A stretch of DNA of 29,794 nucleotides from Dehalococcoidia bacterium (GTDB lineage: Bacteria; Chloroflexota; Dehalococcoidia; DSTF01; RBG-16-68-14). Below are positions 1 to 8,283 of the stretch, in pieces (position 1 is the stretch's first letter; every line of letters begins with the position of its first letter). Both the position numbers and the translations under genes were made by a program. Below the pieces are notes generated by a model. The model did no database searches and had not been told where the DNA came from. It was given only the letters and a program-made list of their open reading frames with translations. Location: positions 62,001 through 91,794 of the forward strand of contig JBBEBM010000043.1 in the NCBI GenBank assembly GCA_040882355.1. Reading direction: 5' to 3'.

Positions 1-53
1 GGATGTTTTCGGGTTGCGAACTCATTTTACCAGAGCGCCGCGCTACCCGCCCT

Positions 54-1481
54 TCAGCGCCGCCGCCATCGATACGCTCCGAAGCCTCCCGCGCCCGCAA
101 CGACCGTCGTGCCGGCGAGCGCCCACGGCCACCAGGACGCGCCTCCGCCTGACGGCAGGGCAGCGTCCGCCCCCGACCGCTCCCCCCGGCGCACGACGGG
201 CGTCGGCTGTTCGACGAATGACGCCCCTCCCTCGACTCGCGACCCACCCGGCCCGTCCTGCCCGCCGCTCGACCGCACCGAGCTTCGCTCCGAAGCCGCG
301 CGCGCCTCACCTGGCGCTGCGCCCGCCTCGCTGGGCCAGAGCGCGACATCATCGATATAGATCACGCCGCCCGAAGCCGAACGCGGACGGAGCAGCACGC
401 GCGCCTTCGCCGAGCGCGCGCCCGGCGGCGCCTGCATCGGTCCCGTCGTGAGGTAGCGATAGCGCGACTCGCGCGAGACCAGCTCCTCCGTCGAATCGAC
501 GTTCGCCAGAGCGCTGCCGCTCCCATCCGTGCTTGCGTACCAGGACACGCGCAGCAGCGCGCCCTCAACGCCTGAGTCGTTCAGCGAAACGTAGCCGTCA
601 AGCTCGTACCAGGCGAGCGCGGTCACCGGCACCGTCTGATAGGCCCACTTCGTGCTGTCGCTCGCGCTGGCAAACGCCGCCGCGAAGCGCCCGCCATGCA
701 CGGGCGACGCCACTTGGCCAAGCACGCCGCCCTGCGTGCGCCAGCCGGCGGGCCGTCCCGCCTGCGCCACCTCGAAGCCGCCGTTGGCGAGCAGGCTGGT
801 CATCGGCAGGGGCGGCGCGGCGGCGCCCGGCTGGCCCGTGGGTGGTCCGCCGGGCGGGTCCGTCGGCGCCGGAGACGTCGAACCTGGCGGAAGTTGCGTG
901 GGCAACGGAGGGCGCGTCGGCGTCGGGCAGGGCACTGCAGGCGGGACGGCTTCGAGGCTGAGGTCGTCTATGTAGGCGTAGGCCACCGCGCCCGTGGCAT
1001 CGTACCTTCGCAGGTCGACCATCGCGACCAACACCCCGGCGTCGCATGGCACGTAAAGAGGCGATGTCTCGAGCGGCCAATAGCTGGCGCCGGTGTCGTC
1101 CTCCTGGGCCGACGGCGCTGCGAGGCCTGCGACGCCAGCCACCCGCCATTCGAGCTTGAGGCTAGCGTACTGGACATTAGAGCCACCTACTCGCACCTGG
1201 CCGGTCAGGCGATATGTCGCGCCTGGCTGGAACACTTCGACCGGCTGCTCAATCCGGGTGGCTGGGTTGTCACCGACGGCACGCAGAAGGCCCGCGGTGG
1301 TGTTACGCGCGCCGAGACCAGCCTCCGTGCGGACTTCACCTCCGAACGGATGCCAGCCTTTTGTGCCCGACTCAAAGCCGCCGTTGATCAGGAGCAGTTC
1401 CTGGGCGCGAGCATCCCTCGTCGCGAGCGACGCGAACAGCGATACGAGGAGCAACGCTCCTAGGAAAGAGACGCGCGCCAT
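54..1481 (-). CDS. Secreted/surface protein: signal peptide, two CBM4/9-like beta-sandwich domains, Pro/Thr linker, C-terminal LPxTG-like (LPSGG) sorting signal
   Basis: N-terminal signal peptide ending ARA-Q; two repeats that start LxNGGFE and end YIDD(L/V)xL; PTPTRPP linker; C-terminus LPSGG + hydrophobic stretch + RWRRR. Confidence 0.75.
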   Translation of the reverse strand: MARVSFLGALLLVSLFASLATRDARAQELLLINGGFESGTKGWHPFGGEVRTEAGLGARNTTAGLLRAVGDNPATRIEQPVEVFQPGATYRLTGQVRVGGSNVQYASLKLEWRVAGVAGLAAPSAQEDDTGASYWPLETSPLYVPCDAGVLVAMVDLRRYDATGAVAYAYIDDLSLEAVPPAVPCPTPTRPPLPTQLPPGSTSPAPTDPPGGPPTGQPGAAAPPLPMTSLLANGGFEVAQAGRPAGWRTQGGVLGQVASPVHGGRFAAAFASASDSTKWAYQTVPVTALAWYELDGYVSLNDSGVEGALLRVSWYASTDGSGSALANVDSTEELVSRESRYRYLTTGPMQAPPGARSAKARVLLRPRSASGGVIYIDDVALWPSEAGAAPGEARAASERSSVRSSGGQDGPGGSRVEGGASFVEQPTPVVRRGERSGADAALPSGGGASWWPWALAGTTVVAGAGGFGAYRWRRR

Positions 1482-1545
1482 CCCTAACGCCTGTCCCTGG
1501 TCGGGGTGAGGGCTGAGTGCCCTGCAAGTTGCCTTCGCGCGACGG

Positions 1546-1565
1546 CCCCCCCCCCCCCCCCCCCC
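1546..1565. repeat. C20 homopolymer (G20 on the minus strand) in the leader of the 54..1481 gene
   Basis: 20 consecutive C counted directly in the sequence. Confidence 0.9.
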
Positions 1566-1675
1566 AAACCGGGGTCCTTACGCTCTGATTTCCAGGTCCC
1601 GAGAGCGCCTTACGACGCGCCCTCGGAGGTGATCATCGGCTAGAGAGTTCAGCATACAAGCCCCTCGATTGAAGG

Positions 1676-2071
1676 CTAGCGGCGGAAGCGGATGCGGCGG
1701 AAGAGCACCGTCTCGCTTACCACCTGCGTGTCTTCTGGCAACGAGTCGTCCACGTCAGCGACCGCAGCGCGGCGCCGGGCTGGCGCCCGAGACGACGCCT
1801 TTTCGCCGCGACCGAACGCGCCCCTCACCATGCGCCGCACGAGGATCTCGGCGATCGTCCCCGCCGCGACGAAGGCCGCACCCTTCACGACCGCGACCGG
1901 CACCGGCGGCTGCCAGACCGTGGGCAGATGGCGGCCGTTGCTGATCGCCGGGAGCTGAGGGTCGTGGAGGGCCAGGCCGCACTGGCGACAGAAGTTGTCC
2001 TCGGGGTCGCAGGCTGTCGCGCAGCGACCGCAGAGCAACGTGTATTGCGGCGAGGTACCGTTCTCCATCAC
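1676..2071 (-). CDS. Zinc-ribbon domain protein with one hydrophobic segment
   Basis: CGRC-x10-CRQC motif, then VAVVKGAAFVAAGTIAEILV; TATACT about 10 nt upstream of the GTG/ATG. Confidence 0.75.
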   Translation of the reverse strand: MMENGTSPQYTLLCGRCATACDPEDNFCRQCGLALHDPQLPAISNGRHLPTVWQPPVPVAVVKGAAFVAAGTIAEILVRRMVRGAFGRGEKASSRAPARRRAAVADVDDSLPEDTQVVSETVLFRRIRFRR

Positions 2072-2159
2072 GGCGACCCGCAGTATAGCGGCTTACGTCA
2101 AGGGCAACAACATTGCGTGGCCAAGACGCCGCCTGCCTCAGCCGGAGGGCTGGGCGATT

Positions 2160-3011
2160 CTACGAGCGCGCGCCCTCCAGCTCGCCCGCCACCACGGCAT
2201 CGATCTCCGCCGTCAGGTCCAGGCCGCCCGGGAGTTCGCGGCCATCCGTGTCCACGACACGCCCCCGTTCGATTCGCAGCCGGGCCGTCGCGAAGGCCCG
2301 CAGAGTCTCGACCACGAACGGTAGCTCGCGCGCCGAGCCGTGGCGGCGGATCTCGCGGAAGAGCGCGTTGTCTTCGCCGTCGCTCTCCCGCACCTCCGCC
2401 GCGGAGCGCGACCCGAGCGCCGCCCAGAGCGGTGCGAACGAGGGCCCGCGCAGCGAGTAGCGGCAGTGCGCGACCACCGGGCCCCCGTCGAGCTCGTCGG
2501 TCGCCAGGTGGATCATCACCCCGCTCTTCTCGGCTCGCGTATCGATGAGCTGCCACGTCACCTCCTGCCAGGTGCCCACTGGGCCGCCCGGCTCGGCGGG
2601 GTGGAGGTTGAGCAGCGGGTAGCGGCCGCTCATCTCGCTCGTGAAGACGAGCATGTAGCCGGCCAGCATGCCCACGTCAAATCCGTCTGACGCGGACCGC
2701 GCGACGAGTTGCGCGACCTCGCGGTCGTATTCGGCGCGCCAGGCGGGAAGCGGCTCGCCCGGCCGCGACAAAGCGCCGCTGCGCTCGCGCCGGAAGCGCC
2801 TCGACGAAAGGGTGAGGCACGGGATGCCGAACGACGCGACGAGATCGAGGAAGGCGTCCGTCGCTTCGTACTCCCCGCGCTCGCGGTTGCAGAAGACGAA
2901 GGCGATCTCGGCATCGAGGTCGCCCCGGCGGATCGCCTCGACCGCCGCGCCGAGCAGCCTGCGCGAGCCTTCACCCCGCCCCGTCGAGAACCAGCCGATG
3001 CGCAGAGTCAT
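2160..3011 (-). CDS. purN: Phosphoribosylglycinamide formyltransferase-like protein (long PurN type)
   Basis: IGWFSTGRG N-terminus, LAGYM, LLNLHPA (N-x-H) and DELDGGPVV formyltransferase motifs. Confidence 0.8.
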   Translation of the reverse strand: MTLRIGWFSTGRGEGSRRLLGAAVEAIRRGDLDAEIAFVFCNRERGEYEATDAFLDLVASFGIPCLTLSSRRFRRERSGALSRPGEPLPAWRAEYDREVAQLVARSASDGFDVGMLAGYMLVFTSEMSGRYPLLNLHPAEPGGPVGTWQEVTWQLIDTRAEKSGVMIHLATDELDGGPVVAHCRYSLRGPSFAPLWAALGSRSAAEVRESDGEDNALFREIRRHGSARELPFVVETLRAFATARLRIERGRVVDTDGRELPGGLDLTAEIDAVVAGELEGARS

Positions 3012-3026
3012 GCGATGCTACTATCA

Positions 3027-3102
3027 GCCACGGATGAACGCCGCCTCTCACAGTCGGTCAACGATGGCGACGGGTCTGTGTTCATCTGTGTCAGTCTGTG
3101 GC
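3027..3102. repeat. Decamer tandem repeat (NNNNTCTGTG x3, 3071-3100) with an imperfect inverted arm (GCCACGGATGAAC, 3027-3039)
   Basis: cgggtctgtg ttcatctgtg tcagtctgtg; the reverse complement of the left arm, GTTCATCCGTGGC, matches the array. Confidence 0.65.
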
Positions 3103-3107
3103 CCATC

Positions 3108-3773
3108 CTACTTCGCCACCCGTTTGCCCAGGCGGAGACGCCAGCGGACCTTCGCCCAGGTGCTGAGCAGGTGGCAGCCGATGAACGCCCGCTTGCCCAC
3201 GATGCGCCCCTTGCCGAGCGCGACGAGGAAGTCGCCCGGGCCTTCGAAGGCCGGCATCTCTGTGTAGGCAAGGCCGATCTCCCAGGGCGTGTGGGCGTCG
3301 GTGGCGGCGCTCATGGGCAGGCCGTGCTCCTCGGCCAGCCGGCGCGCCTTCTCGTCGTCCGCGGCGAAGGGTGTGCGGGCGTTGAACACCTCCAGCACGT
3401 CCACCTGCGGCAGGATGCGCAGGAGCGCCTCCTCGCGGATCACCGAGCGCCGCGTCCGGTCAAAGGGGTGGGGCACCAGCACCAGGCCGCCCTGCTCCTT
3501 GATCGCGCGCACGGTGTCTTCCGGCGTCAGCCCCTTGCGGATCGTCTCCTGCAGGAAGAGGCCGATGATCTCGCCTTCGCTCGACTTGATCTCCTCAGAG
3601 AGGATCACGCGAAACGAGGCGCTCTCGCGTACCGCGAGCGCCCCGTCGACGTTGTTGTGATCGCTCACCGCCACGCAGTCGATGCCCGCCCGCTCGTACC
3701 GCCGCACGAACGTCTCGACCGAGGTCAGCGCGTCGCGGGAGAAGTGCGTGTGCGCGTGGAGGTCAGCCTTCAT
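3108..3773 (-). CDS. PHP-domain metal-dependent phosphoesterase
   Basis: DLHAHTHFSRD, SDHN, PHPF, EVFN and TDAH PHP metal ligands. Confidence 0.9.
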   Translation of the reverse strand: MKADLHAHTHFSRDALTSVETFVRRYERAGIDCVAVSDHNNVDGALAVRESASFRVILSEEIKSSEGEIIGLFLQETIRKGLTPEDTVRAIKEQGGLVLVPHPFDRTRRSVIREEALLRILPQVDVLEVFNARTPFAADDEKARRLAEEHGLPMSAATDAHTPWEIGLAYTEMPAFEGPGDFLVALGKGRIVGKRAFIGCHLLSTWAKVRWRLRLGKRVAK

Positions 3774-4234
3774 GGCGACAACTCGTAGTCCTCAACCCAG
3801 ATGGCGTAATCGACCTCATCGCGGATGCGATCGTACAGCTTCTGGTCAGCGGTAATGAAGCGATACCCGAGGACCTCTGCAACCACGAGATAGAGCGCGT
3901 CGTACAGGTGGCAGCCTAACGCGGTGCCCCGGACGTACGCCGACTCGATCATCGGACGAAGGGTTGCGTCGCTGCCGAGAGTCCGCAGCCCCAGGTTGAA
4001 GAAGTGCCTGATGGACAGGTGCGCGTCGCTGGGTTCCAACCGGCCTCGCCGAACCGCGCGGCGGATCGCGCTCGGGATTTCGTACAGGATGAACTGAGGC
4101 GCCACGAGCTCGAGTGTCCCGCCCACGTGCCGCCGAACGATGTCGTCGGCGACATCGGTGAACTTTTCAGCAGCGTCCTTAACGTAGAGCTGGACGAGAA
4201 CCGACGCGTCAATGACCAACTGCTGGTCGGTCAT
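3770..4234 (-). CDS. vapC: PIN-domain VapC-type toxin
   Basis: VIDASVLV, YE, LYDALYLVVA and FITADQKL PIN acidic motifs. Confidence 0.88.
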   Translation of the reverse strand: MTDQQLVIDASVLVQLYVKDAAEKFTDVADDIVRRHVGGTLELVAPQFILYEIPSAIRRAVRRGRLEPSDAHLSIRHFFNLGLRTLGSDATLRPMIESAYVRGTALGCHLYDALYLVVAEVLGYRFITADQKLYDRIRDEVDYAIWVEDYELSP

Positions 4235-4425
4235 TCATCCTCGTCTCGCAGTTCACGGATGATATCGGCCATCCGGAGCGGTCTGATATCAAGGCGCTCG
4301 CGGAGCTTGAGCGCGCCCTCGAACGCCCTCTTGCGGGCCTGGAGCTCTCTCTTCGTGGGCGGTCGACGGGACTCAAGGTACTCGGTAGCCCACCCAGGCA
4401 ATTCCCTCTTAGGTTTCGTGACCAT
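4231..4425 (-). CDS. Probable antitoxin (VapB-like), 64 aa
   Basis: Small charged ORF directly upstream of the PIN gene with a 4-nt overlap; acidic tail ADIIRELRDEDE; GAGG SD and TATACT upstream. Confidence 0.7.
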   Translation of the reverse strand: MVTKPKRELPGWATEYLESRRPPTKRELQARKRAFEGALKLRERLDIRPLRMADIIRELRDEDE

Positions 4426-4440
4426 GAGCGATCCTCGACA

Positions 4441-4446
4441 AGTATA
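4441..4446 (-). promoter_or_regulatory. Putative -10 box (TATACT) of the toxin-antitoxin module
   Basis: agtata on the + strand, just past the xseB stop and 15 nt before the antitoxin ATG. Confidence 0.5.
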
Positions 4447-4448
4447 CC

Positions 4449-4772
4449 TTACCCGTCCTCTTCGAACGGGAAGCCTTCCTGGTCGTCGACGGGTTCGTCC
4501 TCGTGCGCGACGGCCGCCTCCTGGGGCGCCGCCGCCTCTTGGGGCGCCGCGGCGGGCGTCGCCTGGCCGAACGACTCGCGCAGCTTCACGATGCGCTGCT
4601 CGGCGCTATCGAGCAGTGTCTGGCAGCGCTTGGCGAGCTGCATCCCCTCCTCGTAGAGCGAGATCGACTCCTCCAGCGAGAGGCCGCCGCGCTCGAGCTT
4701 CTCGACCGCCGCCTCCAGCTTCGTGTACAGCTCTTCGAAGGCGGGCTTCCCGTCGCGCTTGTCGGCCATCAC
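4449..4772 (-). CDS. xseB: Exodeoxyribonuclease VII small subunit
   Basis: FEELYTKLEAAVEKLERGGLSLEESISLYEEGMQLAKRC signature; overlaps xseA. Confidence 0.95.
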   Translation of the reverse strand: MMADKRDGKPAFEELYTKLEAAVEKLERGGLSLEESISLYEEGMQLAKRCQTLLDSAEQRIVKLRESFGQATPAAAPQEAAAPQEAAVAHEDEPVDDQEGFPFEEDG

Positions 4773-6022
4773 ACCTCCACCGAGAAGAGCGGCGCCTGCT
4801 CCGACGCCACCGCCGCCTTGCGACGACGCGTCCGGTCCGCCACCGGGCGGCCGGAGTCGACGCGCACCGGAAAGTCGCCGTCACGCACGCGGACGCTGAG
4901 CCGCTCGCCCACCGTCGTGTGCGCGACGCTGTCGACGACGTGGCCGTCGCGCTGGACGAGCGCGTAGCCGCGCTGGAGGGTGGCGTAGGGGTCGAGTGAG
5001 CGGAGCGCGAGCTGGAAGCCGTGCAGGCCCTTGTGGAAGCCGGTGACCAGCCCGTCGACGGTGCGCAGCGCCCGCCGCGTCAGGTCGTCGGCGCGCTGAC
5101 GCTCGCGGTTTACATCGGGCGCCGCGCGCTCGATGCGCGACACCGCCCGGCCCACGCCCGTCCGGCCGTCATCGAGCTGGCGCCGCACGTTCGAGGCGAG
5201 CGTGCCGGCCGCGAGGCTCAGCCGCGCGACAACCTCCGTCCGGTCCGGCGCGACGAGCTCCGCCGCGGCGGAAGGCGTCGGCGCGCGCACGTCGGCGACG
5301 TAGTCCGCGATCGTGGTGTCGGTCTCGTGGCCGACGCCGGAGACGACCGGAACCAGGCTGCCGAAGATCGCCCGCGCCACGCCTTCGTCGTTGAACGCCC
5401 AGAGGTCCTCCAGCGACCCCCCGCCGCGCGCCACGATGATCACGTCGATGTCGCTCCGCTGGTTCAGCGCGGCCAGCGCGGCGACGATGCCCGGCGCGGC
5501 CTCGGGCCCCTGCACCGGCGTCGGCGCCAGCACGATCTGCGCCAGCGGCCAGCGACGCTCGAGCACGTGGCAGACATCGTGGAAGACAGCGCCTGACTGC
5601 GACGTCGCCACGCCGATCCGTTGCGGGAAGCGCGGCAGCGTCCGCTTGCGCGTCTGGTCGAAGAGGCCTTCTTCATCGAGCTGCGCCTTCAACCGCTCGA
5701 ACTCGGCCTGAAGGGCGCCCACACCCTCCGGCTGAACGAAGTCGACGATGAACTGGAGGTCGCCGCGCGCTTCGTAGAAGGAGACGCGGCCGTGCGCGAC
5801 CACCTGGTCACCGTCCGCGAACGCGAAGCCCGGGTTCGCGCTCTTGAAGAGCACGCTCCGCAGGGCGCTGTTGGCGTCCTTCAGGCTGAAGTAGATGTGA
5901 CCCGACGGATACCGGCTGAAGTTCGAGACCTCCCCGCTGATCCAGAGGTCAGAGAGGAACAGGTCGCTCTCCAGCAGCTCCCTGAGGTGCGTGGCGATCT
6001 GTCGGACGGCGTAGACCTGCAT
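4769..6022 (-). CDS. xseA: Exodeoxyribonuclease VII large subunit
   Basis: GEVSNF..SGHIYFSLKD, ARGGGSLEDLWAFNDE, VGHETD and RAPTPSAAAE motifs. Confidence 0.97.
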   Translation of the reverse strand: MQVYAVRQIATHLRELLESDLFLSDLWISGEVSNFSRYPSGHIYFSLKDANSALRSVLFKSANPGFAFADGDQVVAHGRVSFYEARGDLQFIVDFVQPEGVGALQAEFERLKAQLDEEGLFDQTRKRTLPRFPQRIGVATSQSGAVFHDVCHVLERRWPLAQIVLAPTPVQGPEAAPGIVAALAALNQRSDIDVIIVARGGGSLEDLWAFNDEGVARAIFGSLVPVVSGVGHETDTTIADYVADVRAPTPSAAAELVAPDRTEVVARLSLAAGTLASNVRRQLDDGRTGVGRAVSRIERAAPDVNRERQRADDLTRRALRTVDGLVTGFHKGLHGFQLALRSLDPYATLQRGYALVQRDGHVVDSVAHTTVGERLSVRVRDGDFPVRVDSGRPVADRTRRRKAAVASEQAPLFSVEV

Positions 6023-6085
6023 CCGCCGTCAGTATCGCGCCGGAACGGGTGTGCTGGCAAGGCGGGATGCTGGAGGGCGCGCCCC

Positions 6086-8071
6086 CTACGGGTAGCTGAT
6101 GCTCAGCCAGCCATCGCCGCACTCCTGGCTGGCGATCACGTGGCCCTGAAGGTCGGCGAGCTCGCAGTCCTCCGCCGCGAGCTGCGCCACCAGCGGCGGC
6201 CCGCCCGGCGTAACGAGGTCGTAGACGGCCGGCTGTGGCCTAATGGTGATCGTCGCGAGCGCCAGCGGCGGCTGGGGCGGTACCGGCGTCTTCCCCAGGG
6301 ATACGCAGCCGAAATGAAGGAGGCCCGGCGTGAAGTTGTCGACGATGCAGAACACGCTCGGACCAGCCCAACCACCAACCGCTTGGATGCAGACGAGCGC
6401 TGGGTCGAAGAACACCCTGAACTCGAACGCGGCGAGCTGCTGGAGCGCGGGCGGAGCCTCGGGATCGACGCTCGTGATCGGGTCCTTGATCTGCATCTGG
6501 AAGGTCGCCGAATCCGGGCTGTCGGCGCACTGTCCCGACTGCGGGGGCGTCGTCAGCGCCAGATCGAGCGACGCCGGCGACAGGTTCATGCGCGGTACCC
6601 CCGGCACGGCCGTCGGCGTGGGCGTGAAGGTGGGCGTCATCGTCGGCGAAGGCGTTGCGGTCGGTGTGACAGTCGGCGTCGGCGTTGGCGGCGGCGTCGC
6701 GTTCGGGAACTTCGGGTTGACTGGCGGCTGGGGAGGGTGCGGCGCCGCGCAGGTGCTGCCGTGGCGGCCGTACGCGAACTGGACGTCCTTGATGTCGATG
6801 TCCCCGTCACCCGCGATCTGGCCGGACGGCTCCAGGTCGAAGCGGTCGTTGTAGAGCAGCGCGCCGACCTGAACGCCCCAGCGAAAGGCCAGTATCTGCT
6901 GATCGCGCACGTCCACGGCGCAATCGCCGTTCACGTCCCCCTCCAGCCACCGAATCGTCAGGTCGCTATCGTCGCAGCCCGCCTTCTTGATCGGGTGGCC
7001 CTGGAGGTCGGTCAGGTTGCAGCCCTGGTTCAGGATCTGGACCACGACGCCGTTGTCCTGGTTCGCGCGGATCAGCGAGTAGAGCTCCGGCTGCGGGCGG
7101 ACGATGATGCGCGCCAGCTCCAGCGAGCTGCTCACTTGAATCGGTTTCCCCTGGACAACACAACCGATGCGCGCCAGTCCGTCCGGTTGCAGCCCCTGGT
7201 CCTTGTCGTCGATGAAGCAGATCGATCCCGCTGTGCCCGTCAAGTAGGCGCCCGGCTCGACGTTCACGCAGACCAGGTCTTCGTCGAAGACGACCTCGCT
7301 CTCAAAGCCGCCGACGCGCTGGAGCTCGCTCGGGTCCTTCGGGTCGGGCGACGCCGGCGCGCTGCTGATCGAGTGGACGAACGTGGCTGTGTTCGTGCTC
7401 GATGCGCAGGTGCTCGGCGGCAGCTTGCCGCCCTGCCCCGTGAGGAAGAGGTTGGCCAGCGCCGGCGACTTGAGGTTGTGCGGGACCGGCGTTGGCGTGG
7501 GCGTGAGTGTGCTCGTTGGGCTTGGCGTCGGTGGCGGGATCACGAAGAGCTCCGCGCCCGTGCAGTTGCCGTTGACGATCTGCGTCCCGATGATGTCGCT
7601 CGCCCCACAGGCCCCCCAGCCGAAGAAGCTCTCGCCAACGCTGACGCCGCGGACGGCGAACGTGATCGATGCGAGCACTCCGGGTCCGTTTGGCCCCAGA
7701 GGCGACGCTCCTGACGTGTCGCAGTCCACGGTGATGCGGTACGGCTCGATGACGACCGTCTGACAGGTGACCGCCCGGCCTGTGCTACCGAGAAACGGCC
7801 CGAGGTCATAGTCGACGACCTCGACGAAGTCCTGGTCGAACGTCACGACCACGAAGAAGGAGCCGAGGTTCGTCGCCTTCTCAATCGTAACGTCGACCGC
7901 GAACTGTGTGCCGGGCGCATTGTCGACTTCGATAGAAGACGGCTGCAAGCGCATGATCGGAGTGGAGGACGCGGACGTCTCCCTGCCTGCGCTGACAAGC
8001 AGCAGCGCTGCCAGGAGGAGTAGCCCTAGCATCGGCCAGGAGGCTAAGCGTCGCCATCCCAAGAGCAGCAT
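6086..8071 (-). CDS. Secreted scaffoldin-like protein: cohesin, PT linker, Cys-rich cohesin-like, dockerin-like, PT linker, cohesin-like
   Basis: Signal peptide; cohesin-type pattern (FAVDVTI..NLGSF..TFD..GPFLGSTG..GVLASITF); EF-hand-like pair EGDVNGDCAVDVRD and GDGDIDIKD; domains 2 and 3 are internal repeats (DPxxP..FE..FD..LVC..GCV..DLQGH). Confidence 0.75.
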   Translation of the reverse strand: MLLLGWRRLASWPMLGLLLLAALLLVSAGRETSASSTPIMRLQPSSIEVDNAPGTQFAVDVTIEKATNLGSFFVVVTFDQDFVEVVDYDLGPFLGSTGRAVTCQTVVIEPYRITVDCDTSGASPLGPNGPGVLASITFAVRGVSVGESFFGWGACGASDIIGTQIVNGNCTGAELFVIPPPTPSPTSTLTPTPTPVPHNLKSPALANLFLTGQGGKLPPSTCASSTNTATFVHSISSAPASPDPKDPSELQRVGGFESEVVFDEDLVCVNVEPGAYLTGTAGSICFIDDKDQGLQPDGLARIGCVVQGKPIQVSSSLELARIIVRPQPELYSLIRANQDNGVVVQILNQGCNLTDLQGHPIKKAGCDDSDLTIRWLEGDVNGDCAVDVRDQQILAFRWGVQVGALLYNDRFDLEPSGQIAGDGDIDIKDVQFAYGRHGSTCAAPHPPQPPVNPKFPNATPPPTPTPTVTPTATPSPTMTPTFTPTPTAVPGVPRMNLSPASLDLALTTPPQSGQCADSPDSATFQMQIKDPITSVDPEAPPALQQLAAFEFRVFFDPALVCIQAVGGWAGPSVFCIVDNFTPGLLHFGCVSLGKTPVPPQPPLALATITIRPQPAVYDLVTPGGPPLVAQLAAEDCELADLQGHVIASQECGDGWLSISYP

Positions 8072-8136
8072 GACACCCTACGGCACTCTTCTTCCAGGGC
8101 GGGGCTATGCTGGGTTGGAGGCCACCAGTCACGGCC

Positions 8137-8166
8137 GTTATACGCCCCGCAAGGGCAACCTGTCAA
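8137..8166 (-). promoter_or_regulatory. Sigma70-type promoter TTGACA-N18-TATAAC for 6086..8071
   Basis: tgtcaa at 8161-8166 and gttata at 8137-8142 on the + strand. Confidence 0.75.
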
Positions 8167-8283
8167 GGCGGCCCGCGCCGTCCGTTGCGCTTGCCGCGGG
8201 AGCGCTGCGCGTGACTGACCCGCCAGGGTGAAGAAATCAGCCGGTTTGGCCGCATCGCACACACGGGCGAAGCTAGGCAGGGG

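Noticed and set aside
1..25. Possible start of a minus-strand gene (MSSQPENI...) at the window edge
   Set aside because: Only 8 codons are visible, which is not enough support
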